This document shows, one piece after another, positions 1 through 9,024 of a stretch of DNA of 64,000 nt (position 1 is the stretch's first letter; every line of letters starts with the position of its first letter). This DNA is from a bacterium. GTDB taxonomy: Bacteria; Vulcanimicrobiota; JABDET01. The notes under the pieces are model-generated. The model saw only the letters and a program-made list of their open reading frames with translations, searched no databases and was not told the DNA's origin. The position numbers were made by a program, and so were the translations under genes. The DNA is taken from positions 83,634-147,633 of the forward strand of contig JAJYZB010000004.1 in NCBI GenBank assembly GCA_021800275.1. Reading direction: 5' to 3'.

Positions 1-494
1 AAAAGATCAGGATCAGACACGTGATTCGAATTGCCCCTTCAAAAGTAATCGTTAAAGGCGCCTCTCTGAGAGTTAATGAGGTAGAAGATGCCCAGGTTGA
101 AATTCCTAATAACGGCTTAAACCATTCACCTGTTGCAGCAACTCCTGTTCCTGTTGATTCTTTCGGGAGAATCGTGCCCGGGGTTCATATAATCCCTCCT
201 TTTGTTGAGGTCCTGGAACAGAAAGAGAGATCCATTCTTCCGTTTGCAGTGCGCCCTTCTATTACTGGATTCTTATCATCTCATGAACTTTTAAGAGCTG
301 TTTCTGTTTCCCCAGCCATCGTCCTTGGAGAAGTAAAAACAGGAATTCATCCCCCAAAATATCTCTCTACCTTTCCTATCAATATTACCGGAAAAAGGGG
401 AACCTTGATTCGCGTGGTGAAAATTATTTCTCCAGAGGGAGTGATACTCCAGGGAAAGAAAAAAGCGACTGTAATTTTAAAAATAGGAAGATGA
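1..494 (+). CDS. YbbR-like domain protein (CdaR-like), 5' end cut by window edge
   Basis: The frame is open from base 3 with no stop. It shows beta-rich P-x-V-x-V-x-G type repeats like YbbR domains. It lies directly upstream of glmM, as cdaR does in the conserved cdaA-cdaR-glmM arrangement. Motif recalled from memory, not searched. Confidence 0.45.
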   Translation, partial: KIRIRHVIRIAPSKVIVKGASLRVNEVEDAQVEIPNNGLNHSPVAATPVPVDSFGRIVPGVHIIPPFVEVLEQKERSILPFAVRPSITGFLSSHELLRAVSVSPAIVLGEVKTGIHPPKYLSTFPINITGKRGTLIRVVKIISPEGVILQGKKKATVILKIGR

Positions 495-498
495 TCAT

Positions 499-1845
499 AT
501 GGAAATAATGACAAAAAAATTTTTTGGAACAGATGGAATTCGTGGAATAGCGAATCAAGACTTAACTCCTGAGCTGGTTTTCCGCATCGGCAGAGCAGCC
601 GGTTCTATTTTGCGAAAAAATGAAACAGGAGAAATATTAATCGGAAAAGATCCTAGAATTTCGAGCGATATGCTGGCAGGAACTTTAGAATCTGGAATTT
701 TATCGGTTGGAACAAATGTTTCTCGATGCGGAATAATTCCAACTCCGGCAGTCAGTTTTTTAACAAGAAATTTGAAGTTTAAAGCAGGCATCATGATTTC
801 CGCATCCCACAATCCTCTTGAACATAATGGGATCAAAATCTTTTCTTCTTCAGGATTAAAATTGTCAGATAGTCAGGAGCAGCAGATTGAATCTATTTTA
901 AAATTAAAAGAGGATAAATTAAAACGCCCAACTGGCGCTGGCATTGGAAAATTGAGAAATCTCAACGAGGCGAAAGAACGTTATCTTCAATATTTAAAAT
1001 CTCGTTTCAATCTCTCATTAAAAGGAACGGTCCTTGTTCTGGACTGCGCTTACGGCTCAGCGAGCGTGACCGCTCCTTCTCTTTTTGAATCTCTTGGAGC
1101 AAAAGTCATTCTAAAATGTTCAATTCCTGATGGAGAAAAAATTAACGTGAACTGTGGAGCTACCTCCCCAAATTTTTTAAAAAAAGCTGTCCTGAAGGAA
1201 AAAGCGGATTTAGGAATTGCTTTTGATGGGGATGCTGACCGCGTCGTGTTTGTGACAGGTAAAGGCGATCTCTTCCATGGAGATCATACTCTGGCTCTTT
1301 TAGGAATTCACTGGCGCAGGAAAAGAAAATTAAAAGGACCAGTCATAACAACTGTCATGGCTAATTTTGGCCTTGAAAAAGCCTTAAAGGAAAAAAACAT
1401 TAAATTGATCCGAACCCAAATTGGAGATCGATACGTGCTCGAGGAGATGATGAGAAAAAACGCCAATCTGGGAGGAGAACAGTCAGGACACTTGATTCTT
1501 CTGAATCATGGAGTTTCAGGGGATGGGTGTTTAACAGCCTTAGCCGTTCTTTCTGTTCTGCGGGAAACGGGAAAATCTCTAGCTGATTATCAAAATATTA
1601 TTGAAGTATTCCCGCAAATTCTTAAAAACGTTCCTGTCAGAAAAAAAACGCAGTTCCATCATGATGAAGAGATTCAGAGAGTTCTACACGAGCAGGAGAA
1701 AAGATTAAAAGGCAAAGGAAGACTTGTCGTGCGTCCTTCTGGAACAGAACCATTGATTCGAATCATGGCAGAAGGATTAGAGCAGAAAGAACTGGAGGAA
1801 GTCGTCAGTCTTTTGGCTTCTATCATTGAAAGGAGATTAAAGTAA
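499..1845 (+). CDS. glmM: phosphoglucosamine mutase
   Basis: FGTDGIRG N-terminus, phosphoserine loop GIMISASHNP, Mg site FDGDADR, GEQSGH sugar loop; 448 aa. An alternative ATG lies at 508. Confidence 0.92.
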   Translation: MEIMTKKFFGTDGIRGIANQDLTPELVFRIGRAAGSILRKNETGEILIGKDPRISSDMLAGTLESGILSVGTNVSRCGIIPTPAVSFLTRNLKFKAGIMISASHNPLEHNGIKIFSSSGLKLSDSQEQQIESILKLKEDKLKRPTGAGIGKLRNLNEAKERYLQYLKSRFNLSLKGTVLVLDCAYGSASVTAPSLFESLGAKVILKCSIPDGEKINVNCGATSPNFLKKAVLKEKADLGIAFDGDADRVVFVTGKGDLFHGDHTLALLGIHWRRKRKLKGPVITTVMANFGLEKALKEKNIKLIRTQIGDRYVLEEMMRKNANLGGEQSGHLILLNHGVSGDGCLTALAVLSVLRETGKSLADYQNIIEVFPQILKNVPVRKKTQFHHDEEIQRVLHEQEKRLKGKGRLVVRPSGTEPLIRIMAEGLEQKELEEVVSLLASIIERRLK

Positions 1846-3647
1846 TGTGCGGGATCGTCGGATATCTAGGTGAAAAGGAAGCTTCATCTGTTTTACTGGA
1901 AGGATTAAAAAGATTGGAGTACCGCGGCTACGATTCTGCAGGGATGGCTGTATTAAACGGTAATGGAGTGGCAAAAGCGAAGTGCGCGGGGAAAATCGCC
2001 GCTTTAGAAACTGTTCTTTTATCACAGCCTATTCATGGACACACAGGAATTGGACATACAAGATGGGCTACCCATGGAAGACCCAATGATGAAAACGCTC
2101 ATCCGCACTCAGACTGTAAAAATCGTTTTGCTCTTGTGCACAATGGGATTATCGAAAATTATCTGGAAATCAAAGAAAAACTTTTAAAGGCTGGGCATCA
2201 TTTTAGAACAGAAACCGACACTGAAATTATTCCTCATCTGATTGAAATTTATTATAATGGAAATTTAGAGGAAGCTTTAATCAGATCCCTGCACGAAATA
2301 AGAGGTTCTTATGCCATAGCCGCCATTGCCGAGGATGAGCCTCAAAAAATTGCCGCGGCAAGAATGGGAAGCCCTCTGGTCATTGGAATCGGGAAAGGAG
2401 AGTATTTCTTAGCGAGTGACATCCCTGCTTTCCTCCCTTTCACCAGGGATGCCCTTATTGTTGAGGATGGTGAGGTCATTGTCTTAACTCCCGAAGGGGT
2501 TAAACTGCTCGATTCCCATCAAAAAAAGATAGAAAGAACCAGTTTCCGGGTTTTATGGGATACTGCCATGGCTGAAAAAGGGGGATATAAACACTTCATG
2601 CTTAAAGAGATTCATGAGCAGCCAGACGTCATCTCAGAGACCTTGGCGGGGAGATTAAAGCCAAACGGAATCTCTCTAGAGATTGAAATCCCAAAATTTG
2701 AGCGTGTATTTTTAACTGGAGCAGGAACTGCCTATCATGCAGCCATGATTGGGAAATACTGGTTTGAAAATTTAGCGAAAATCCCCGCTGAAGTTGAACT
2801 GTCCAGTGAATTTCGCTATAGAAACCTTCATCTCTCAAAAAAAACCCTGGTAGTGGCAGTCAGTCAGTCAGGAGAAACCGCTGATACTCTTGCCGCTGTC
2901 CGAGAAGCAAAAAAACAAGGCGCTTCAGTTTTAGCTGTCACCAATGTCATGGGAAGCTCAATTTCTCGTGAAGCGCCTTCTTTATACACCAGAGCAGGAA
3001 TCGAAATTGGAGTGGCTGCTACAAAAACTTACGTTTCCCAACTGACCCTGCTTTTTCTTTTAGCTTTAAAAGCAGGTTTAGAGAGAGAAGCCCTGTCGTC
3101 TGAAGAGATGAAGATGTTTTTAAAAGAATTGTACCGCCTTCCTGAGTTGGTTTCTTTAACTTTAAAAAAAGAATCCGATGTAAAACACATTGCAAAATTA
3201 TTCGCCAGCCGAAAAGATTTTCTTTATTTAGGCCGCCACGTCTACTATCCAATCGCATTAGAAGGTGCTCTAAAGCTGAAAGAAATTTCTTATATCCATG
3301 CAGAAGGGTATGCTGCAGGAGAAATGAAACATGGACCGATTGCCCTGATTGATGAAAATGTGGTTGCTGTCGCTCTGACTCTGAAAAGCCCTGTTTACGA
3401 AAAAACGATTTCCAACGTAGAGGAAGTTCTTGCCAGAGACGCATCCCTAATTTTAGTGGCTGAAGAAACGAATAAACAGGTTTCTAAATATACAAACCAT
3501 CTTTTTTTAATCCCTGAAACCCACTGGCTTTTATCCCCTATTCTGGCTGTCCTGCCGCTCCAGCTCCTGGCTTATTTGATCTCTGACAAAAAGGGGTGTG
3601 ATGTGGATCAACCCAGAAATCTAGCTAAAAGTGTAACCGTGGAATAG
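1845..3647 (+). CDS. glmS: glutamine--fructose-6-phosphate aminotransferase
   Basis: MCGIVGY Ntn-amidotransferase start, two SIS domains, C-terminal KSVTVE; 600 aa. Its ATG overlaps the glmM TAA by 1 nt (TAATG at 1843-1847). Confidence 0.95.
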   Translation: MCGIVGYLGEKEASSVLLEGLKRLEYRGYDSAGMAVLNGNGVAKAKCAGKIAALETVLLSQPIHGHTGIGHTRWATHGRPNDENAHPHSDCKNRFALVHNGIIENYLEIKEKLLKAGHHFRTETDTEIIPHLIEIYYNGNLEEALIRSLHEIRGSYAIAAIAEDEPQKIAAARMGSPLVIGIGKGEYFLASDIPAFLPFTRDALIVEDGEVIVLTPEGVKLLDSHQKKIERTSFRVLWDTAMAEKGGYKHFMLKEIHEQPDVISETLAGRLKPNGISLEIEIPKFERVFLTGAGTAYHAAMIGKYWFENLAKIPAEVELSSEFRYRNLHLSKKTLVVAVSQSGETADTLAAVREAKKQGASVLAVTNVMGSSISREAPSLYTRAGIEIGVAATKTYVSQLTLLFLLALKAGLEREALSSEEMKMFLKELYRLPELVSLTLKKESDVKHIAKLFASRKDFLYLGRHVYYPIALEGALKLKEISYIHAEGYAAGEMKHGPIALIDENVVAVALTLKSPVYEKTISNVEEVLARDASLILVAEETNKQVSKYTNHLFLIPETHWLLSPILAVLPLQLLAYLISDKKGCDVDQPRNLAKSVTVE

Positions 3648-3650
3648 AAA

Positions 3651-4505
3651 GTGATGAACTTTTCTCAAAACTCATCAGACTCCACATCATCATTGTCAGG
3701 GAAAAAGATTGCTGTCATTGGAGTTGGAAAAATAGGAGGAACCCTTGTCAGCAGCCTGCTCAAAAACAAAGTCATTCCTCCATCCCATTTATTTGGAAGC
3801 ACCCGGCACTCTATCAACCACGAAAAGATCTCGTCACAATTAGGAATTAAACTCTTTACCCATAATTCCGAAATGGCAAAACTGGCAGATATCGTCATTC
3901 TAGCGGTAAAACCCCAGAATATGAAACAAGCGCTTTCTGAAATTAAAAACTCCATTACCACTGATCAAATGATTGTAACCCTTGCAGCTGCGACCACAAC
4001 CCGATTTGTCGAAGAAATCCTTCCTGACAAAATCCCTGTGATACGGGCGATGCCCAATACTCCCTGCCTGGTCAATGAAGGAATGACTGTTTTATGTCCC
4101 GGCAAATCTGCGTCCCTTCACCACCTGAAAATGGCAAAACAAATTTTTTCTTCAGTTGGAAGAGTCGAGGTTTTAGACAACGAAGATCTGATGGATGCGG
4201 TAACAGCTCTTTCTGGCAGCGGTCCAGGATATATTTACATCATGATTGAGTCCCTGGCAGAGGGAGGAGTTAAAGCAGGACTTCCCCGAGATCTGGCAAC
4301 CACACTTGCTGCTCAATCCATGCTTGGAGCTTCTAAAATGGTTCTAGAAACAGGAGAACATCCCGCCAAACTAAAAGATTCAGTCACAACCCCAGCTGGA
4401 GTCACCATGGATGGAATCATGGAATTAGAAGATGGAGGAATACGAGTAACCCTGATCAAAGCAATCGCAAAAGCCACGGAGAAAGCTAAAGAAATTTCGC
4501 AGTAA
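3651..4505 (+). CDS. proC: pyrroline-5-carboxylate reductase
   Basis: Rossmann motif IAVIGVGKIGG, then MPNTP and SGSGPGY motifs typical of P5C reductase. GTG at 3651 or ATG at 3654. Confidence 0.85.
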   Translation: MMNFSQNSSDSTSSLSGKKIAVIGVGKIGGTLVSSLLKNKVIPPSHLFGSTRHSINHEKISSQLGIKLFTHNSEMAKLADIVILAVKPQNMKQALSEIKNSITTDQMIVTLAAATTTRFVEEILPDKIPVIRAMPNTPCLVNEGMTVLCPGKSASLHHLKMAKQIFSSVGRVEVLDNEDLMDAVTALSGSGPGYIYIMIESLAEGGVKAGLPRDLATTLAAQSMLGASKMVLETGEHPAKLKDSVTTPAGVTMDGIMELEDGGIRVTLIKAIAKATEKAKEISQ

Positions 4506-4522
4506 AAGAGTGCGACAGCAAA

Positions 4523-5107
4523 CTAAGGGGTTTTGTTCGTAGAAAAAACATGAACGTCTGAAGAAAGCGAAAAATGGGGTGGAGTGGAAAAATTTATGGA
4601 AGCTGAAAAAAATTGATTGGTGCCGCTGTCAGGAGTATGATACACAAACTCAAGAGTTTTAACAGAATTCGCTAAAACATGGGTCTGCAGCACATTCCAG
4701 GTTGAAGAAACAGTGGGGCTGTAATCAGGTTCATACAAAAGCTCTAGAATTTCAGCCTTTTGAGAGTTCAGAGTGTATCCAATGGTTTCGTATTTGCCTG
4801 CATTAAAGTTAAAAATCGTGAAAGTCAGAGGCACATTCACCCCTGACTGCGGATCATAAGCACTAAAATTGGTTTGAGTCATATTGCCAGGTTGATAGAG
4901 ATCAGTCATCTGTTTTAAATTATTTACAATGCCGCTGAAACCAAGAGTATCCTCCCGAATCACAAATCCGCTCTGCTGCTGAGATGAGTAAACCTGGTAA
5001 CCATTGACAAAAAGGGATCCTACCATGGTTAAAATCAGAGCAAAAATGCCGATGGCAATCAGCATTTCTAGAAGCGTTAATCCCGAGTGTGAAACCTTTG
5101 TTTTCAT
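4523..5107 (-). CDS. pseudopilin with prepilin-type N-terminal cleavage/methylation motif
   Basis: An internal ATG at 5107 gives MKTKVSHSG|LTLLEMLIAIGIF, with Gly before the cleavage site, Glu at +5 and a hydrophobic helix. The longer ORF to 5182 has no such logic. Confidence 0.7.
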   Translation of the reverse strand: MKTKVSHSGLTLLEMLIAIGIFALILTMVGSLFVNGYQVYSSQQQSGFVIREDTLGFSGIVNNLKQMTDLYQPGNMTQTNFSAYDPQSGVNVPLTFTIFNFNAGKYETIGYTLNSQKAEILELLYEPDYSPTVSSTWNVLQTHVLANSVKTLEFVYHTPDSGTNQFFSASINFSTPPHFSLSSDVHVFSTNKTP

Positions 5108-5115
5108 AAATGCCG

Positions 5116-6993
5116 CTAAAAATTTGTCACTTCTACGGGGTAAGAACTGGAAGATGTGCTTCCATCCCCCAGCATTCCCCATTCATTGCTGCCCCAGGAG
5201 TAAATTTTCCCTGTGTTGGCAAGAACGATAAAAGTTGGTTGATCTGTCCATGCTGCTACTTGTGGGGTCGTAATTCCCCCAGAAAGGCTCAGCAAACTTA
5301 GGCAGCAGGAGTTATTCGTATTATTAACTTCAACAGAATAAGGGGCATAATCAAAAGTAGACGTGGTTGACTGGCAGGTTGTGCTGCCATCAGCATTGAC
5401 CACTTCCTGATAATAGGGAGAAGTTGTATAAGTATCTGGGCCTGTCGTGACTCCAATTCCTAATCCATCTCCACCTTCCCCCCATGTCCATACACTCCCA
5501 TCACTTTTGATGACTAAAACGTCATCTTCACCCACTGCAATTTGTGCTTGACTTGGAGTCCCTACATTAAAAGGTGCTCCTGTAGAGTCCCTCACTTCAA
5601 CAGGAAGAGGAGAGTAATTTATCGGATAACCGGGAGTTAATTCTCCGATAAGAGTCCCCGAAGAGTCAGTCTCATAACACGTGTACGAATATTTCACAGG
5701 TCCTTGATTCGGGAAAGAGCTGCTGTAACCTAATTGCCCCCAAGTATTGTCCCCCCATGCCCAAACATGACCTGAGCTGTCAATAGCATAACTGTCACGC
5801 CTGCCTGTAGCAATTGCCACAATATTGCTGAGGCAGCAGGATCCACTTGAATTCAGGACTTCAGTGAGATAGATTTCACATATTGCTCCTCCACAAAATT
5901 CTTCTCCATAAGGAAGACTGGTATTTTTCCAGGAGCAGCTGATTGTTGTGCCGCATTTGGCAGGTCCTCCATTAATTCCCAACTGTCCGTATTCATCATC
6001 TCCCCATGCCCAAACATGACCATAAGTGTCAAGGGCAAGTCCATGGTAGTTATCCCCAACAGCAGATAAAACAATATTGGTGAAACTATTCCCCCCAGGA
6101 GGGTAACTGCTATTTTGGATAGGAGTAGTTGGAGTTGGATCATAATCTTGAGGAATATTGGTATCAACCCCACTTCCTGTATAACCATTTCCAAGAGCTC
6201 CATAAACATTCCCGCCCCAAACTAAAAGTTTCTGATTGTTGATCCCAACTGCTGTCTGATAGATTCCTCCTGAAAAAGAGGTCCATCCCCCTGAAGAAGG
6301 CAGAACCAAAGTTTTTGGGTAAGCATTAACACCATTGACACAGTTGCCAGAGTTATAGCAGATTCCATCCCCATTGTTTAGAACCCCTGATCCATTTTCT
6401 CCCCAGGAGTACCCTGTACCATTACTCCCAATGACAAAATCCTGGTAAGCGGTTCCAGTGAGTATGGGAAGGACTGGAGGAACTCCAACATTAAAGCAGC
6501 AGGATCCGCTAGATCCATCTGCTTTTACGGGTGTACTGGTGGTAGAACAAGGAGGATTCGAGCACTGGGTATTCCATCCCCAAAGCCACACATTTCCTGA
6601 GGTATCAACTGCCATTCCTGGACCAATAGCTAATGCCTGTGTTCCCACTGGTTTTATAGAAACCAGAGTGGTCCTGACTCCATTGGGTCCAGAAACCATA
6701 ACTTGAACTGTCTTGAGATTAGGATAACTGGCACTGTAAGGGTTGATGCTCAGATTCCAGGAATAATTTTGATAAGGTGCGCTGAAACTGCCGCTGCCTG
6801 CTGTGATCGTTTTCTGATACAAAGTTTCCTCCATTTTTTGTTCGGCTAAAAAATCAGCCCGAGCTAAAAATTGGGATCGGTTAGAAATATCTATGGCTCC
6901 ACCAAAAAGCAGAGCTGCAAAGGTCATGACAATGAAAAGAATCGCTATGGAAATTTCAACCTCTAAAAGACTGAGTCCCTTTTTAAATTTCAT
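5116..6993 (-). CDS. GspI-like minor pseudopilin fused to a seven-repeat RCC1-type beta-propeller
   Basis: ATG at 6993 is preceded by GGAGG and gives MKFKKG|LSLLEVEISIAILF. About 140 aa of pilin-like head follow. Then come seven repeats of the type VW(A/T/L)WG-x4-GQLG (NVWLWGWN, YSWGENGSG, LVWGGNVYGALG, VWAWGDDEYGQLG, VWAWGDNTWGQLG, VWTWGEGGDGLG, IYSWGSNEWGMLG). Many Cys pairs. Confidence 0.75.
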   Translation of the reverse strand: MKFKKGLSLLEVEISIAILFIVMTFAALLFGGAIDISNRSQFLARADFLAEQKMEETLYQKTITAGSGSFSAPYQNYSWNLSINPYSASYPNLKTVQVMVSGPNGVRTTLVSIKPVGTQALAIGPGMAVDTSGNVWLWGWNTQCSNPPCSTTSTPVKADGSSGSCCFNVGVPPVLPILTGTAYQDFVIGSNGTGYSWGENGSGVLNNGDGICYNSGNCVNGVNAYPKTLVLPSSGGWTSFSGGIYQTAVGINNQKLLVWGGNVYGALGNGYTGSGVDTNIPQDYDPTPTTPIQNSSYPPGGNSFTNIVLSAVGDNYHGLALDTYGHVWAWGDDEYGQLGINGGPAKCGTTISCSWKNTSLPYGEEFCGGAICEIYLTEVLNSSGSCCLSNIVAIATGRRDSYAIDSSGHVWAWGDNTWGQLGYSSSFPNQGPVKYSYTCYETDSSGTLIGELTPGYPINYSPLPVEVRDSTGAPFNVGTPSQAQIAVGEDDVLVIKSDGSVWTWGEGGDGLGIGVTTGPDTYTTSPYYQEVVNADGSTTCQSTTSTFDYAPYSVEVNNTNNSCCLSLLSLSGGITTPQVAAWTDQPTFIVLANTGKIYSWGSNEWGMLGDGSTSSSSYPVEVTNF

Positions 6994-7015
6994 TCCAATG
7001 CCTCCGTCCCAGGGC

Positions 7016-7399
7016 TTATTGTTCAACCTCTGACCACTGACTGACACTGCCTCCTGGAGCCACAAGAAGAGCCTGATTGAAAACCACCCCTGCGCCTCCC
7101 AGCACCTCCCCCTGAAAATAGATATTTCCTTTCCTATCTTTCCAGATAAGACAGACGTGATTAGCTGAACCATCAGGAATTTCAACGGTTATCGGGTTAA
7201 TGGAAAGGGTTGGGCTGACTGTCTCATAGTACTGCATTCCCCCCTGTGCAAGATAAAATGCCGCCAGAGAACTGCTGACTTTCCCTGAAACAAAATAGTT
7301 TTGAGAAGAAAAAGTTAGAAGAGCCGCTCCTAAAATAACAACAATTGCAAAAACAGCTAAAACCATGGCTAATGCCATTCCGTTTCTAGGGGAATTCAT
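7016..7399 (-). CDS. PilX/GspK-like minor pseudopilin (no Glu+5)
   Basis: N-terminus MNSPRNG|MALAMVLAVFAIVVILGAALL, 127 aa. It is first in a same-strand run with the two pseudopilins downstream. Confidence 0.5.
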   Translation of the reverse strand: MNSPRNGMALAMVLAVFAIVVILGAALLTFSSQNYFVSGKVSSSLAAFYLAQGGMQYYETVSPTLSINPITVEIPDGSANHVCLIWKDRKGNIYFQGEVLGGAGVVFNQALLVAPGGSVSQWSEVEQ

Positions 7400-7444
7400 A
7401 TTTTTATTGTATCTTATTGAAAATCAATTGTCAATAATTTTGGT

Positions 7445-7520
<76 letters not shown>

Positions 7521-7529
7521 ATAAGCTCG

Positions 7530-8912
7530 TCATCTTAATCCATCTTGAATCGAGTTTAAAATACCGTTCAAAAGTTCCTTTAAAATCCCTTCCTGAATGT
7601 TGAGCGGAGGAGCCAAAACAAGAGTATCCAAAAGAGGCCTAAAAATAATCCCCTGTTTTCGAGCTGCCATCATAATTTTTTTCCCTGCTCTAAATTCCAC
7701 GGGGAAATTTTCCTGTTTAGTTTTTCCTATTTCAATACCAGCAAAAAAACCTCTTCCTCTAACCTCAATCACATTCTCTAAAGGCTCAATCTTCTCTTTT
7801 AAAAAAGACCAGAATAATTCAAGCTTAGGACTAAGCCGTTTTAAAGTGTTCTCTTTTTTGAAAATCTCAAGACTGGCGATTCCAGCAGCGCATGCCAGAG
7901 GATTTCCAGAAAACGTGTGCCCATGAAAAAATTGCTTAAACTCTTCAAAAGGGGCACAAAAAGCCTCAAAAATCTGTTCAGTGACAAGAGTTGCAGATAA
8001 AGGAAGATATCCGCCGCTGAGAGCTTTCCCAAGGCATAAAAGATCAGGAGAAATTTCAGCCTGTTCAACAGCAAATAAAGTTCCCGTTCTTCCAAATCCA
8101 ACCGCCACTTCATCAGCAATAAAGAGAAGATGGTAAGATTTAACTAATTCATACAAGGCTTTTAAATAGCGAGGGGAATGAGGAATAATTCCAGCAGCTC
8201 CCTGGATTAAAGGCTCAACAATACAAGCTGCAGTCGCAGCGCCATGAGATTCAAGTAGGGTCCTTGTTTGAGCTAAAGACTCTTTTTCCGCTTCTTCTTC
8301 AGTCAGATTTTTTTCTCTTTTTAAAAAATAGGGGGAAGGAATCGTATGGGTTTGGAACAACATTTCTTGAAACGGCTTATGAAATGTTTCAGAATACCCG
8401 ACACTCATGCTGCCAAACGTATCTCCATGATAAGATTCCTGAAGTCTTAAAAACTCTGTCCTTTTCTCTCCTTTCAGATACCAATACTGAACCGCCATTT
8501 TTAAAGCCACTTCAACAGCAGCAGCCCCTGAATCCGAATAAAAAACTCTTTTAAGCCCTTTAGGGGCGCAGGAGATCAATTTCTCAGCCAACTGAATGGC
8601 AGGGGGGTTAGATAACCCTAAAAGCGTAGTATGGACACTTTTTGTAAGCTGCTCAATCATGGCGCTTACAATATAGGGATGGTTGTGTCCATGAACAGTG
8701 CACCAGATAGAACTGACAGCATCAATATAACGATGGCTGTCCGTATCATAAAGGAAAGGTCCCTCCCCTTTTTCAATCACAAGGGGTTCCTCCTGCTGCC
8801 ATTCATCCATTTGAGTGAAGGGATGCCAGAGATACTGCCGATCTAATTTATGGAGCGCTGGGTCGCCATGTAAAGAGGTTCTTGTTTTTAAAACTTGTTC
8901 AGTTAAATTCAT
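7530..8912 (-). CDS. bioA: adenosylmethionine-8-amino-7-oxononanoate aminotransferase
   Basis: DRQYLWHPFTQM N-terminal motif, class-III aminotransferase core, FIADEVAVGFGRTG, PLP-Lys region CLGKALSGGY; 460 aa. Confidence 0.85.
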   Translation of the reverse strand: MNLTEQVLKTRTSLHGDPALHKLDRQYLWHPFTQMDEWQQEEPLVIEKGEGPFLYDTDSHRYIDAVSSIWCTVHGHNHPYIVSAMIEQLTKSVHTTLLGLSNPPAIQLAEKLISCAPKGLKRVFYSDSGAAAVEVALKMAVQYWYLKGEKRTEFLRLQESYHGDTFGSMSVGYSETFHKPFQEMLFQTHTIPSPYFLKREKNLTEEEAEKESLAQTRTLLESHGAATAACIVEPLIQGAAGIIPHSPRYLKALYELVKSYHLLFIADEVAVGFGRTGTLFAVEQAEISPDLLCLGKALSGGYLPLSATLVTEQIFEAFCAPFEEFKQFFHGHTFSGNPLACAAGIASLEIFKKENTLKRLSPKLELFWSFLKEKIEPLENVIEVRGRGFFAGIEIGKTKQENFPVEFRAGKKIMMAARKQGIIFRPLLDTLVLAPPLNIQEGILKELLNGILNSIQDGLR

Positions 8913-9024
8913 AAATTACTTATTTACAATTTGTCTTTTTTTACCTTTATTTCTTTCTTCGATGTTATTATTTGACCTCTGAGCCCGGATACAAACAGAT
9001 TCGCTTCTTTTAAGCCTATCAAAC

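Noticed and set aside
1760-1850. glmS ribozyme upstream of glmS
   Set aside because: The glmS start codon overlaps the glmM stop codon, so there is no leader in which a ribozyme could sit.
6994-7185. N-terminal 64-aa extension of the 5116..7185 track ORF
   Set aside because: It overlaps the 3' end of the upstream pseudopilin gene in another frame. It precedes a perfect RBS, ATG and prepilin leader at 6993, so the extension is not coding.
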